The position numbers and the translations under genes were made by a program. A stretch of DNA of 64,000 bases from Chlorokybus atmophyticus (taxonomy: Eukaryota; Plantae; Mesostigma and Chlorokybus algae), in contig RHPI01001037.1 of NCBI GenBank assembly GCA_009103225.1, forward strand, positions 310,001 through 374,000. Direction: 5' to 3'. Shown here in pieces: positions 28,660 through 41,580 of this stretch. Under the pieces are notes generated by a model. The model was not told the origin of the DNA. It worked only from the letters and a program-made list of their open reading frames with translations, and ran no database searches. Within the stretch, counting starts at the first letter, position 1. The number at the start of each line of letters is the position of its first letter.

Positions 28660-29929
28660 ACGTAGCTTTACTTACAGTTTTGTTCTAGTCTCAGAGCTTG
28701 ATATACTCACCTAGGCAATCTAGATTGCGTCTGTATCATCTTATGTATCTTGTTCTAAATTCTGTCGCGCTCGCCAGTGATCTGTCTCACTTTGTGTTCA
28801 CGCTTGTGAGTTTGGTATGCGGGCGCTCAGGCTGTGAGCCCCTCTAGCGACTGTATTGAAATTCACATGTGACATGTGTCCCGCACAGCTCAGGCAGCTT
28901 GGCATGAGAAAACAGTGGGACCATGAATCGAGTTTGAATTTGAAATACGAAGCAAGTACACCCAGTAAGTGCAGAGAAGTATGCCTACTATGCATGAACT
29001 CACATGCACAAGCAGCAGTATGAAACGTAGCTATGGGCAGAAGAGTAGTAGATGCCTCCCTAGTGTCACGCCGGGTCTTGACCTCGCGCTTGTGCCTGTG
29101 TGCTCAGATTGGGTAAAGGTTTGCTACTGCCTACCCCGCCCCGTACGCACTTTGAGCACAGAGCATAGAGCACTTAGCTTTGTATGCTCCTGTCGGCCTT
29201 TATTAGAGTGTTTGTCTGTCCTGCTTGCTAGTTCGTGTAGTACTTGCTAGTCGTGTGCTTGTTGCTAGCTTGTTTTATGCTGAGTGCCTCTCGTTCTGAT
29301 TCTACACTACTCATACCTTATGCACGTGATTACTGACTGCCCTTGCACCGCAGACATGTTGATACGAGCATAGTGACGTGCATGTCATGCCTTTTCTATG
29401 GTTGCCCTCTATGCATGCTTGTTGTGCATTGGGGCTGCTTCTTTGCCCTATGACTTCTACCTTATGCATGCTGTGTACATACGCGCACGCAGGGTGGGGA
29501 GGAGGGCCCTTGCAGTATATGTTGAAAATATCCAGCAAAACCATCCCCGAAGCAGCAAACACGCCCGGCTACAACTTCTCGCTCATTGTGCAAACCCTGC
29601 ACAATGAGCGAGACCCCAACACATGTAACACTGAGCATTAGCGGACGCCAGCATAGGACAAGTTGTCTGAGTCCCTGCTGCAGGCAACGGGCAAACGGGC
29701 ACAGCCCACCCGCAATTGTACGAGCAGACTACACAAGTGCTTAATTTCAACACAAGCGCTGCGGATGTCAATCGTGTGCTGTTGGGTGGCCCACAGACTC
29801 CTGTCATGCATGTGACTGAATGTAATCCTTGCGATGCGCATGCAATGTAGAGGTAGCCAATGGGTACCGCAACCAGCAGAACAGCACATTCTTCCCGTGC
29901 ACAATCACCATCAATGGACAGAATCGCTG

Positions 29930-30200
29930 CTGTTAAGGTGGAGGTTGTGCACAGAGCAGCAGACGATAGGCGCCACATCGCCATAGTGCGTGGGGCGGAG
30001 CTACGGCGTCTAGAGGGCTTCCTCCGCATCTGCCATCAGCGAGTGGCATGTGCCTTGCAGCGGGCGCAGGCGCAGGCGATCCTGGAGCAGGCCTAGGGTG
30101 CTGCGGCGGTGGCCGCAGTATCAGGATGGAGTCCTTTGGCTCAAGGCCCTTCAAATACTGAGGCAGACGTAGCGCTCGCTTAGCATGATGTTGTGTGCGT
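29930..30200 (+). mobile_element. 3' fragment of a CRE-like (RLE) non-LTR retrotransposon
   Basis: Encodes QRVACALQRAQAQAILE and is homologous to 46640-46866. This matches the terminal helix of CRE-type RLE domains. Confidence 0.6.
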
Positions 30201-30419
30201 CTGGGTTGTGTACAAAAGACCGGCGAGGGAATTGACTGCGTGCAACACATGCCACACACAATACAGCCCTGCCAACAGCTGCATGCCACTAGCCAGCGCC
30301 ACACACAACAAACATGACATGCATAACAATCAAACATACGCACCTTCAACATGACCACCGGGCTCAACTATGTTCACACTACCCCTGCTTCTGCAACTAC
30401 TCTACCATTACAACTACCC

Positions 30420-31700
30420 CACCCTGTTAGTCATGCGACCCGCAATCACCTGCAAGTCGACGTTGGCATGAGTGCCGACATCACGACCACAGGTTGTTGA
30501 ACGACCGGTTGACTCGCCTTGCCGCCAGTCTCCTCGACCCTCGACCACCGCCATCTTTGCCGACAACACCACGGTCGTTGTCGACTGCCGACATAACGGC
30601 ACTGCAGTCTGTGGGGTGTCGTCAGTTCGCACCCTACGCATGCATGCATGCATGCATGCCGACGTCATGTGCTCCCTGCACGGCTGCGGCCATGTGCATT
30701 GCAACCATGTACGACTGGGCATGGTTGCAATCAGGTCTCGTGCGGCACCGCCATTAAACGCTTGTATGCCAATGATGATAGAGGTCGGTATGGCGCCACA
30801 GTCCATCAGCACTGCAGCACCTTCAGTGCCTGCACTACCGCCAGAGGGGGGGGGGGGCGACGACGGCGTCCGCCTTGACCGCCTACACAGCGAGCGAGTG
30901 CAGCAGGACTTGACGCCCGCACCCCACGCAGCCTGGCTAGCCACTACTTCAGCAGCGGACGTGCAGCGCCTGCTGTCGGCAGCAGGGTTGAGCGCGGGAG
31001 CATGGCTGCTAGCAGTTCCGACACGCGGGGAGACACACATGCCAGCTTCGGTATATACGCACGCTGTTGGGCATTCCTCATCCCGTGTTCGCGGGTGTGC
31101 GTGCATGTGGAGAGCGGTTGCATGACTCGCGAGGAGGCCGTTTGATCGTATGCACGCTTGAGGGACACCGCATTCGCACTCGACACGATGCTGTACGTGA
31201 TGTCGTCGTCGTGGTGATCATCAGCGTCAGGCGGGGTATACGGCCACACACGCGGGACTACCTTCGCGCGACGGCGAGACACACGGTCGGCGCAATTGGA
31301 CGCTGTGGCATCAGAGTCCGGCAGCGACGACCAGACTGATGATGCTGGACGTGACGATCGCACTACCGCGAGCAGCAGAGCAGGCGAAGAGGCGGAAGTA
31401 CCACCCTTCATCCTTCGTGCCGCTAGCCATGGAGACGCACGGCCTGCTGTGCAGTTGCTGACGGATTGCGCGCGCTTAGTAGTGCAGCTGCGCGGCATTG
31501 AGGCTCGCATGCATGGTGCGCTCTGTGGCTCGTAGTATCCGCAGCGCGTGGCCGTGACGCTGCAGCGGGCGCAGGCGATGGCGGTGTTGGCATTGGTCGC
31601 CGCGGTCGCCATCCGCTTCACCGGGAGACACCAGGACGACTCGGCCCCCGTGACGGCGTTGGGCAATGTCGCTGCCCTGACCTATGACGACGGATGTTGA
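30420..31700 (+). mobile_element. 5'-truncated, decayed CRE-clade non-LTR retrotransposon (C-terminal zinc knuckle and RLE region)
   Basis: RLLSAAGLSAGAWLLAVP, CGE..G..LIVC..RHDAVRDV, RPHTRDY and QRVAVTLQRAQAMAV, in CRE order across frameshifts. Confidence 0.72.
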
Positions 31701-32012
31701 TAGTTTTGCGAGATATCGACTGCGAAGGAACTCACTGCCATGTACTTCGGTTGTTGTCTTTCGGTGCCTGCGCGCAACACTGACAGCCAACGAGAAGCGA
31801 GAACACTGTCCTATTGTAAGCTTGTTGGCTTATTTGAGTGTGCAGACAATATTCTCCGAGGCCCTCAACCTCCGCACAATCCTGTCACACCACCCACACG
31901 GGCACAACATGCACGCACACACCCTGCTGATTGCTGCTGTGTGCTTGTGTTGTGGTGTTGGCAGTCTGTGCAGTTAGGTAGGTCCTAGCGCTGGTCCCCC
32001 CCCCCCCCCCCC

Positions 32013-32027
32013 NNNNNNNNNNNNNNN
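32013..32027. other. Assembly gap (15 N) at a poly-C tract
   Basis: Both flanks carry ggtccccc..., suggesting overlapping contig ends. Confidence 0.98.
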
Positions 32028-32894
32028 GGTCCCCCCCCCCCCCCAACCTCTGTTGCTAAGACATTGCCGTGTGTGTGTGTGGCTTGCTAGCACAAGCATG
32101 CTTTTTTATCACTCTTTGCTTTACACAGCAACCACACTGCTTGTGTGTGAGTGGCCCTCTGTTGAGTTTTCATGGGTTGAACTTGCGCATGTAGTGAAGA
32201 TCAGTACTGGAGAAACGGGAGAAACTCCCAGGTGATGGTGTATGCGCCTGCCATCCCCTGTTTCCCTTAGTACTGCATTTGTAATTGCGCACTGATGAAT
32301 ATACCTCCTGTTTAACTTTCTGTCAAGAAGTGCGTGGTTGTGACAGGGCGAAACATTGCTATGTTGGCCCAGACTTGCGCATGTACGAGCACAATGTGTG
32401 CGTCTACAGCCTTGCAAGTTCTTACGCAAACAGGGGTTGCCTTTTCCTGTGGTTGCATGTGCAGACAGCACGCCATGCGCCCACAGTTGCTGATAAGGCC
32501 ACACAGAAGCAATCACTGTGTCAGTGTAGCGAGGATGCATTGTAGGCTGGGTTGCGGCTTGTGCACTTGCTGTCCTGTGGTCTGGCAAGGCCAGCAGGGG
32601 CTGCATGAGCATGCTCCAAGCCATGAAAGGGGGTGTCTTACTACACTGAACCTGCATATGCAACAGCACTGATAGGACTGACAGGACTGAAGCTACATCA
32701 TACAACCGCATACAACAGCAACAGCAAGCAGTGGTAGGGTTTGCTTCTCAGCCAATCGTATAATGACTGTTGGTTGTTAGCTGCATGTGGGTATGCAAAA
32801 CGCGTGCGGTGGGCAGCATAAGAAACGGTGGCATTGAATCGGTTGCAATGCATGCAGCATCAAGCAGTGGACACAAGTTGACAACGGCTCAACA

Positions 32895-35800
32895 TCACCG
32901 TCTGCCATTCAGCTCGGCATCTGTCAATGCTTCTGCTGCCGCCTCAACGGACACAACAACATCTACAGCAGCAGCGGTGTTGCTGCTGACGGCTGCTGTA
33001 TTGTCGGAGCCGCTCGTCGTGTTGTTGGGTTGCGTGTCCAGCAACGTCCCGCTTTGCACGGCTGTCAACTGCTGGCTGGCAACACTGGCTGCCTGCACAC
33101 ACACCAACCACACATGCATTCGGCAATGGACAGACATAAAGGAAGGCGAGGTGCGGGTAACAGCTCGATGCACTGCTGCTGTCCTGCTGACGCGCAACAA
33201 CATGATGTACCGCGTGCAAGTCTGCCCATGCGAGTGTACACACCTTTGTGTTGGCCGACAGCTCTTTTGCAATGGCCGACGCCCGCTCGCGTACGCCCGA
33301 GGATGCGTCCACCACAGCCGCAGCCACCTTTGCGTTGGCGGTCACTGCCATGTCCACCGCTTGCTGGAGCACGGACACAAGTTGATTGGCAGACACCCGC
33401 AAGAACCACAGATGTACTTCACGGCACGGACCTCAGCGGCTTTGGTTGCGGCCGTAGCAACCGCGACGACAGCCATGGCCTTCTCCGTGAGCGTGGCGTT
33501 GCCTCCCAGCACGGGCGCGAGCTCAGCCTCGATTGCAGCCGTGTGGTTGATCGGTTGACTCACTGCAGGTGCTGGCGGAGGAGGAGGAGCAAGCGTCGCC
33601 ATCGGAGACAGTGACGATGCAGCTGTCACGGATGTCTGAGGGGGTGCGGCCGTGCCGTTCACCGGCGGGGGGGGCTTCGGTGAGGACAGCGTGGCCACCG
33701 TCTGCATCACCGTCTTCGCGGCATCCAGCTTGGCCGTCGCCTGCGTCAACAGCTGCAACCATCCACACCAACACTCAGACACAATTATACCCACATTGTA
33801 CATGTCAACACACACAAGCATGTGCGTCAGTTCTACTACCTGCTGCGTGGTGGCTGCCTCCTGCTTCACGGCTTCGCGCGTGCTGTTGAGCGCAAGCATG
33901 GCCTGAGTCTTGTCCGTCAAACTGGCAACGGGGCCGGCGGCGGCCTCACCCTTTCCATCCTTTCTCTTGGCAGCCTCGCTGACCTCAGCAGCCTCCTCCT
34001 CCTCCACTTTGACAGCCTCTCTCTGCACTTCATCGTCCACTTCCTTCTCCACAGCGGCCAGAGACGTCACCGCGACCTGCGCCATCCCCATCTGCGCCCA
34101 ACAGTACAGCCAGGAGACAAGTGAGTGAGATGCGCTGGAGCCGACAGCAGCAAAGACTATGCTTGCGTACCTTGGCCGCAGCGTCCTCGTCCGCGGCCTC
34201 GCTCACGGCAATGGTTTTGGCAAGCGCAACCACCTGCATGCCAGCCGGCCACATTCTTTCATGCAGCGTAAGCAGGTCTTGCTGCAATGTAACGCTCTTA
34301 CCTGTGCCTCTTCGTCGACGGCGATCAAGGTGGCGGTGGTGCAGAAAATCATGGCCATGATGCCAAAGGCCAGCATGATGCGTGCGGTGCGCGCGTGCGT
34401 GGGATGGTGCGTGGAGGCCACGGGTGAGGGACGCGGCTTCAGCAGCAGCACGCTCGTCTCCAACTCCCATGGGACAATGGGCCTGAGGAGATGATGGTTG
34501 ATGAATCAGCATATTGAAAGATCAACAGACTATTGAAAGATCGTTTATTCAAGCTATCAAGGTTGGGCCTTACAGCGAGTGCAGTCTGAGGTAGAATATG
34601 GATGGCATGATGTATCCGAGCAGCATGGACGCGGTGGCGCCGGCGAGTCCCAGCACGAGCTCTACATTGGGCACGTGCGCGGCCACGAGCAGCACGCACA
34701 GCAGAATGGCCAGCGTCACCGCCACAAACTCGATCGTGTACACGGAGCCGCCCCCGGTGCCAACGTGCCCGTGGCTCGGGCTCGTGGACGGCGACGAGGG
34801 GCCGGAGCTCACGGAAGGCGTTACGGGGGATGAGGACGTGTGCAGCACGGACAGAATTGACTGGCGAAGCGGGATGATGCATATGGGGACCGTGCAAAGC
34901 ACCGACGCGCCGTAACCCTGCACACCATGCCAATATTGAGTACGCGACTGAGTCGTCTCCTCCACCCAAAGCAGTGCAACTGACCACTTTGAGTGCGAAC
35001 GTGAGTCCGCCCTCGTAGAACGAGCTCCCAAAGTTCCTCAGCACATCACCGGACGTCTTCTCGCGGAAAGCCGCGTAACCCAACGCACCGATGGCCAGGT
35101 AACACGCAAACGACCAAATCAAGCCCCTGTGCATGAACACGTGACTGGTGCAGGAAAGGCAAGGCCAGAGGACAGAACACCCCACTTACTTTGAAACGAC
35201 CACCGTGATGCGTGTGAGCGAGGGCGTGCGCAGTGTGGAGTAGATGGGGAACAAGGCGGTGTGGGCTGTAAAAGAGAAGAGGATCACGGGAAAGGCCACG
35301 AGGATGCCCCCCTGTCGGTAGAGCGCCAGGGGAGTCGCGCCGTCATCGTCGGGGACGGCCATGGCCTTGACCAGGATCACCACGGACAACACCGCCACGA
35401 TGCCCACGGATAGCATCGACACCGGTGCCAGCAGTTGCGCGTCCTGTCCACAAACACTCACCATCAGCCAACTCAGTGTTAGGGGTGATGGTCAGTAGTG
35501 GAGCTATTGGCAGGTACGGTCTGTGATAAGACTACGTTCGAGTATTCATTGATGCGAGCCTTACACGCTCACAAGGACGCGTGTACAGTACTGATCAACA
35601 CGCAGTCAAGCGCACCTTCACGGTAGCTGATAGGGGCAGCAGCACGAACGTGACGAGCGCAGCCATGAAGAGGTTGCGGTGTTCTTCCGCCCCTGGCGGG
35701 ACAATGGTGCCTGCCACTCCCGACATGATGTCCGCAAGAATGTTCACAAACGCCACAAGAGACCCCAGCTCAAACAGGATGATGCAGAAGTCCACCCATC

Positions 35801-36731
35801 TCCGCCCCGCAATACCAAACGCTCTATCCTGTTAACGCGCGCACACACGACTGCGCATTCAGCAATGCACGTGATGCACACAGCCACAAGGGGTGTGACA
35901 TGTCGGCGATGTCTCACCCCAATGTCCTCGTAGCTCCAGCACCCACAACGCTGAGCGCAGATGATAAGTATCTTCATGGACTCAAAGCATGTTATGCAGG
36001 ATCTGCGTGCCACACGCTTGCTCAGCACATGCAGGTGCCGCGTTATCTGCAACACGTATGCCTTGGCGCCTGCTTACATAAGTAGAAGGACAGTTGCACC
36101 AACCAGGCCGCATGTCCTGAAGCAGTACGGCAAGCCCAACACGCCAGCACCGAGCACCTGCATGAAAGCAGAAAGTGCTATGTATACCCGTAATAATATC
36201 AACGATAATGACGATGTGGTGTCGATATGGATCTAGTACCGCGTTCATGAGGATGAACACGGAGTCTGTGATGGATGCGCCAGGTGGCGGTGCGCCATCC
36301 TTTGCGTTGAGCGGCAGCCGCTCAACATCCATCGCGGTGTCGCGCACGAAGAGCGATCCCACGAGAAGCTGCCACCATGGGGACTGCAGCGCCAGCCCCC
36401 CAGGCGAGTGCGCAACGCCCACGGGGGCCGACACCCCCATCGATGCCACGGCGCCGCTCTTTGTCCTCTCCATGTGCGCGTTGTGGAGGGAGGCCCCCCC
36501 GCCCTTACTCCCCGAGGTGGGCCAGCCCAGTCGGGCTCCCAGGCCGCGCCAGGCTGGGGCGCTCGGGGCAGCTGCTTTGGCCGCAGCGGGATCGGGCCAG
36601 GAGTTTCTTCGAGATGCGGATGACAATCCTCCTCCTCCTGCTGCTGTCCCCAGCCTGGTGGACGCGCCCCCCGGGGCGCGCCCGCCCGACGGGTCCTCTA
36701 TGTTTGTTGTGGATCTCTTGTGTCTGCCCAC
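32895..36731 (-). CDS. Amino-acid transporter (Aa_trans; SLC38/AVT6-like) with a long Ala-rich C-terminal extension, multi-exon
   Basis: MNA|VLGAGVLGLPYCFRTCGLVG, ELGSLVAFVNILAD, FPVILFSFTAHTALFPIY, YLAIGALGYAAFREKTSGDVLRNF and VLGLAGATASMLLGYIMPSIFYL. Spliceable downstream exons run to a stop at 32895. Confidence 0.85.
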
Positions 36732-37789
36732 CTCGCTACCAACCCTCTGTAACTATGGCCAGCCCGGGAAGAGTAGCAGTAACCTCATGCTGAACAGTGG
36801 CGTGATCGACACTACTGCTGTTAGATATCAACTACAATCAACGGCCGAGCGCAGTGCTGCACGCCCCAGATGGCGATACCACCTGCATCCTCATTGCCCC
36901 TCTCCAACACTCTGCCATGACGCTTTGCTCAGTCCACAGTGCCAATCAAGACAATCAACACGCCATGCAACATGCGTACACGCCATGGCTGCATGCCCAC
37001 CCCACCCCACCCCTAACGCGTAGGCCTGCTGCATCGTGCAAATGAAAACCCCACTGCATTGCACTGCGGCTTGTTGCGAATGACATGCCAGGAATGAGTG
37101 GGAAGCTGTCATGTGACACGACAGCTGGCCAAATGTTGAGCACTGAAAGGTCATGCGATCTTGTGCACCTGCTGGCAAGTGCAGCGAGTTGTTGCTCAAC
37201 ATCACTGGCAGCATGATGAAGAGGGTTTGAAACACGCTAGATTAACTGCTGGCAAATAAGTTAACTTGACACAGGGTCATCATCGACATCAAGTTGCAGG
37301 TGCGTCAGTGAACAAACGCTGAGGTGGAGGTGCTGATGAGCGCGACAATGCAGGTTTGTCCCGTTCTGGCTAGCATGCACTGTCGTGATTTAGTGCAACT
37401 GTCACCTCTCAACAATTGGGGCAGACAGATCTCTGTCAGCAAAGCGCTGGGCGCCGCCTCGAGCAGCAAGATATCCTCGAGCAGACTCCAAGATATCTTG
37501 CTTACCGCCGCCTCCCTGTGTAAGCTCGTTTGAGCAAACGCCCCTCTGCTGATCCCCCCTGAAGTGGAACGCCCTCACTCGCCGCCTCCTCACCGCCGCC
37601 GCTGCCTCTCTCGCTGTCTCTCTCAGCATTAGCAGGCGTTGTGGCGCGTGACGCAGGGGGGGAGGTCGCGGATATCCGCCACCCTCGCAGTCGATACCGC
37701 GCTGGGTATCGAGTTGTCCTGCAGTGACGTGCATGTGAGCAGCAGCGCAGTGGTTTTTCTGCGAGCAGCTCGCATTGCGTCGCGGGAGG

Positions 37790-38698
37790 ATGGTGGTGGC
37801 GTCGTCGCCGTCGTGGGCGGCGCTGCTGCCGCTGCTGGGGCTGGACGTGGCAGTGCAGGCGGTGGGATGGGTGGTCTCCGCATGCCTACGCACCGAGCGC
37901 TTCTTCGACGCCACAGGCGCAGCAACCTTCCTCGCACTCGCACTGCTGTCCATTCCCCGTAGCAGCCATCCCCCGCCGCACCCTCGGCAGCTGCTGCTGG
38001 CCGGCCTGGTCGCCGTCTGGGCCGTGCGACTGGGGGCATTCCTCGCCGCCCGCGTCAACTCCAGGGACTCGGGCTTCAGGGACTCGCGCTTCGACGGCGT
38101 GCGAGACAGCCCGCGACGACTCGCCGCCTTCTGGGCCGTCCAGGCCGTCTGGGTCGCACTCACCCTCATGCCCGTCCTGCTCGCCAACGCCGTCTACACG
38201 CCCGACCTACACCCGCCCCTGGGCAAGCTCGACGCCGCAGGCGCCGCCGTATGGGCCGTGGGCTTCGGGCTGGAGGCCGTCGCCGACGCCCAGAAGACCG
38301 CATGGAGGAGGCGCAGGAGGCAGCGGCAGGAGGCGGGGGAGGGAGAGGCGGAGGGGGAGGTGGGGTTCATCCGCAGCGGTGTGTGGTCTTGGAGCCGTCA
38401 CCCCAACTACGCCGGAGAGATCGCCCTGTGGTGGGGCGTCTGGCTCGTCGCCGCCTGCGGGGGCGCATTGCCGCCCGCCGTCGCTGTGGCGGCGGCGGCG
38501 GCGGGGCCGCTGTTCGTCACCCTGCTCATAGTGTTCGTGAGCGGCGTGCCCATGCTGGAGCGGGCCGCGGACGAGCGCTTTGGCGCCGACCCCGCCTACC
38601 TCGCTTACAAGGCCGCCACGCCCATGCTCATCCCATGCCCGCCCGCACTGCGGAAGCTGCTGCGTCTCGGCCATGCGGAAAAGGATCACTTCTCCTAG
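37790..38698 (+). CDS. DUF1295 / steroid 5-alpha-reductase-like membrane protein, intronless
   Basis: ERFFDATGA, WAVRLGAFL..R, DSRFDGVR, LEAVADAQK, FIRSGVWSWSRHPNYAGE..WWG, SGVPMLE and AYLAYKAATP. Confidence 0.93.
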   Translation: MVVASSPSWAALLPLLGLDVAVQAVGWVVSACLRTERFFDATGAATFLALALLSIPRSSHPPPHPRQLLLAGLVAVWAVRLGAFLAARVNSRDSGFRDSRFDGVRDSPRRLAAFWAVQAVWVALTLMPVLLANAVYTPDLHPPLGKLDAAGAAVWAVGFGLEAVADAQKTAWRRRRRQRQEAGEGEAEGEVGFIRSGVWSWSRHPNYAGEIALWWGVWLVAACGGALPPAVAVAAAAAGPLFVTLLIVFVSGVPMLERAADERFGADPAYLAYKAATPMLIPCPPALRKLLRLGHAEKDHFS

Positions 38699-39357
38699 CA
38701 ATCACTGAACCCCTCGCCGCCTCCCTCTTCTGTGCATGGAGCTGATGGGGAAGAGGAGCGAGGGGAGGAGGGCAATCTGGAAGCCAATGCTGTGCGTTAA
38801 ACGTCGCCCAGTCATACCGGTTGTTTCGGCTTGCTGCAAAGCTTGTTCACATTGTACAGACCAGATTGTAGGAAGAGTAGAGTTCGACATTCTTTCCATG
38901 GCTGCATGGCTTGCTGTCATGGTGTGTATAAGAGAAAGTATGCTCCATATGCATTGGGAGGACACCTGTGTTCAGTAGCGAGGCTGGATAATTCAGCCTT
39001 GCCAACAGTCATATCTCTTCTGCTGTTCTGTGTTTGTTATTTTGTGTGTTGCAAGCTAGGCAGAGCCTGTTGCAAAGGAGTTGGAAGTCTTTCACCTCAT
39101 GCGCATTCAGTGCAGGTGTCCTGTCTCACTGTTTTACAACCATGTGTGCCTTCGCAAGCACGGCACATGACAGTGCATCCATGACTCGCCATCACCACCA
39201 CCTATCTTCATATGAACACCTATAAGCGACGGTGCACTTGTATGTACATTGGTGCCGCTACTGAGTCTTATGACATCCAGCAGCGCGTGCGCCATTTACG
39301 CGGCATAGCATCTCACAGGCGGAGTGAGTGCCATCACTTTGTGTCGAATGGCAACCC

Positions 39358-40926
39358 TCACGCCAGCCGCTGCTCCCGCTGAATGACCTGCGCATACGGT
39401 ATGCAAGATTCAGTTCATCAAGTTCGCAGGAGAGGAGCTGCGCCGGACTACGAACACCATACCTGGTTGTGCACCAACAATGTCCGCATGCGATTGTGGA
39501 AACAACTCTCACCTCATCAGCAAACTTGATGAGCAGCGTAGTGCGCGGCCGTGGCTGTCCTTCAACCTGCACGAAATGCGCCGACACCGCCGCCGGAAAC
39601 CCCGCGCTGTCCAAGACACCCTGTTGAACACAAGCCCAGTCGGAACAGCCCCCCGCATTGTTACATGATTCAGACTACCCACCGCAGAGACTGCACTTTG
39701 GCTGCTATGCAAAAGTTCACAACAAGCATGAATGAAGACGCAGCAACAAGTGCGCATAGCACCTGATGTACGGGTGTGTCAGACACGTAGACCAATGCCT
39801 GATGCCGGTTGTGCACCTTTTGAAAAGACCAACAAGGGCTTACCCGCACTATGCCAGCCACGAAGGCACCGCAGTTGAGATGCCCCAGGTCCTTGGGCAC
39901 AGAGATGAACCTGCCAAACACAATGTACTATTGCATGTCGTGCGCCTCCACCTGGATTCGGCAATGGCACACAGAAGCCCGAGCTGATGCATGCCTACCT
40001 GTTGACAAGAAGCTCCTTTTCACTAATCATATACTCGTCCTCATGCTCAGTGCCCTTCTCTAGTGAGTCCGCGGTCTGAACAAGCCAGCACACAATGCAG
40101 TTTGGAGTGAACATGGAAGCAAGGAAGAGCAGACCAATGGGCAGAATGGAGATGCATGCAGCTGCATTGGTCACGTCACTCATCATTACCTTGCCAAAGA
40201 GGCTCTTCCAGACGACACTGTGTATGAAGGTCAGAATGCCAAGCACCCGCGTCTCGCGCCGATTGCCCTGCAGAGCACAACAGACCCAAGGTGTGGACGC
40301 GGCACACAGACGCGTGCACAACGGGCAATGCATGCGCTGCGTGCCGGTTGGTTTGCTGTCCCTCAGCCATGCATTGCTAACCTTCTCACGATGACAGAGG
40401 AGTTCGAGCACTCGGATGCCAATGCCGTACCCGCACTCGTCCAATCTGCACGGGGGCGCACATGCATGAATGCCAACAGCGCAACCAGTAATGCTGCTTG
40501 AAGTCGGTGTTGAGACATTGCAACGCATGCAATTGGCGAATTGGTAAACAGGCATGCCATTCAGTTGCGTCGCATTCCATATACGCGAGTGTGGAGCGTT
40601 GAGTGAATGCCCACCTGCGTTCGAGTTCCCCAATGTTACTGACGCGCTGCTGGCAGAACTGCACCAGCGCCGAAAATAAGAATGCGAACGCGCTCAGACT
40701 CACCTGCACACCGAAACACGCGCACGCATGCACGCTTATTACACAGCGGCAACCAACGAGCCGGGCACGTGCATGCGTACGCACGCACCAACAAAACGAT
40801 CGCACCAGGCCGGGCGAGCAACTCCTCACAGCGGAGATCATGGAGTGCAGCACGTACCTCTTGCTTTCCTTTGCCGATGGGTCTGTCCACGACGTTGATC
40901 GCCTGCCTGGCGCCGCTGAAGCTCAT
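39358..40926 (-). CDS. TRAPPC5: TRAPP complex subunit 5 (Trs31), multi-exon
   Basis: [85 protein letters not shown] and FPAAVSAHFV..TTLLIKF; last exon VIQREQRLA*. Confidence 0.95.
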
Positions 40927-41580
40927 CGCCGCCTCCTCCCCCGCCGTCCACACTCGCACCCACACCTGCTGCACGCCAACAGTCTGCATGACAACCCTAA
41001 TGTCTTGCCTTGTAGTGCGCGCTTGTGCCAATCGCACAAGCAACGGCGATATCGTGGCTGTTCCGCCTGGAGATTCGCTCGTCTTTGAGATGTCCCCCTC
41101 CTCGCTCGCGCACATTTGTCATCATCTGACGGCTGTGGCTGGCGCCAGATGGGACTTATCCAACAAGGCGCGCCAGCAAGGCCGCTGCCAGCCACGAACA
41201 AGCAACCAAGCGCGCACCGAAGGCTATTGTAGTCCCATCAATCGCTTGAAAGCGCAACTTCGCTGCTTCATTGCGGTGTGATGGAAACACAACATGGCTG
41301 CGGGAATATCAGAGCCCCCGCGGCTGTCTGTGGCACTGGGCGACGACGTATTGATGGCAGATTCTACCATTCGCGAGATACCCGCACGGCAGCCAGACCA
41401 ACGTAACGTGACTTCCTAATGCCTCGCAGCAGTGTTTTCGCAACCACGAGCTGGGGAGTTCTCGGTGACACGTTAGCGCACGTCGTGCATGCCAGTCTCC
41501 CACTTCGCAACAGCACAAACAGCAAAGCGCACAGTATACCACCAGGCTTCCCATTAGGGTTTGCTGGACACCTAGCGATC

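Noticed and set aside
41040-41100. FKBP-like peptide IVAVPPGDSLVFE
   Set aside because: Short motif only, in the TRAPPC5 leader/promoter on the opposite strand, with no other FKBP motifs.
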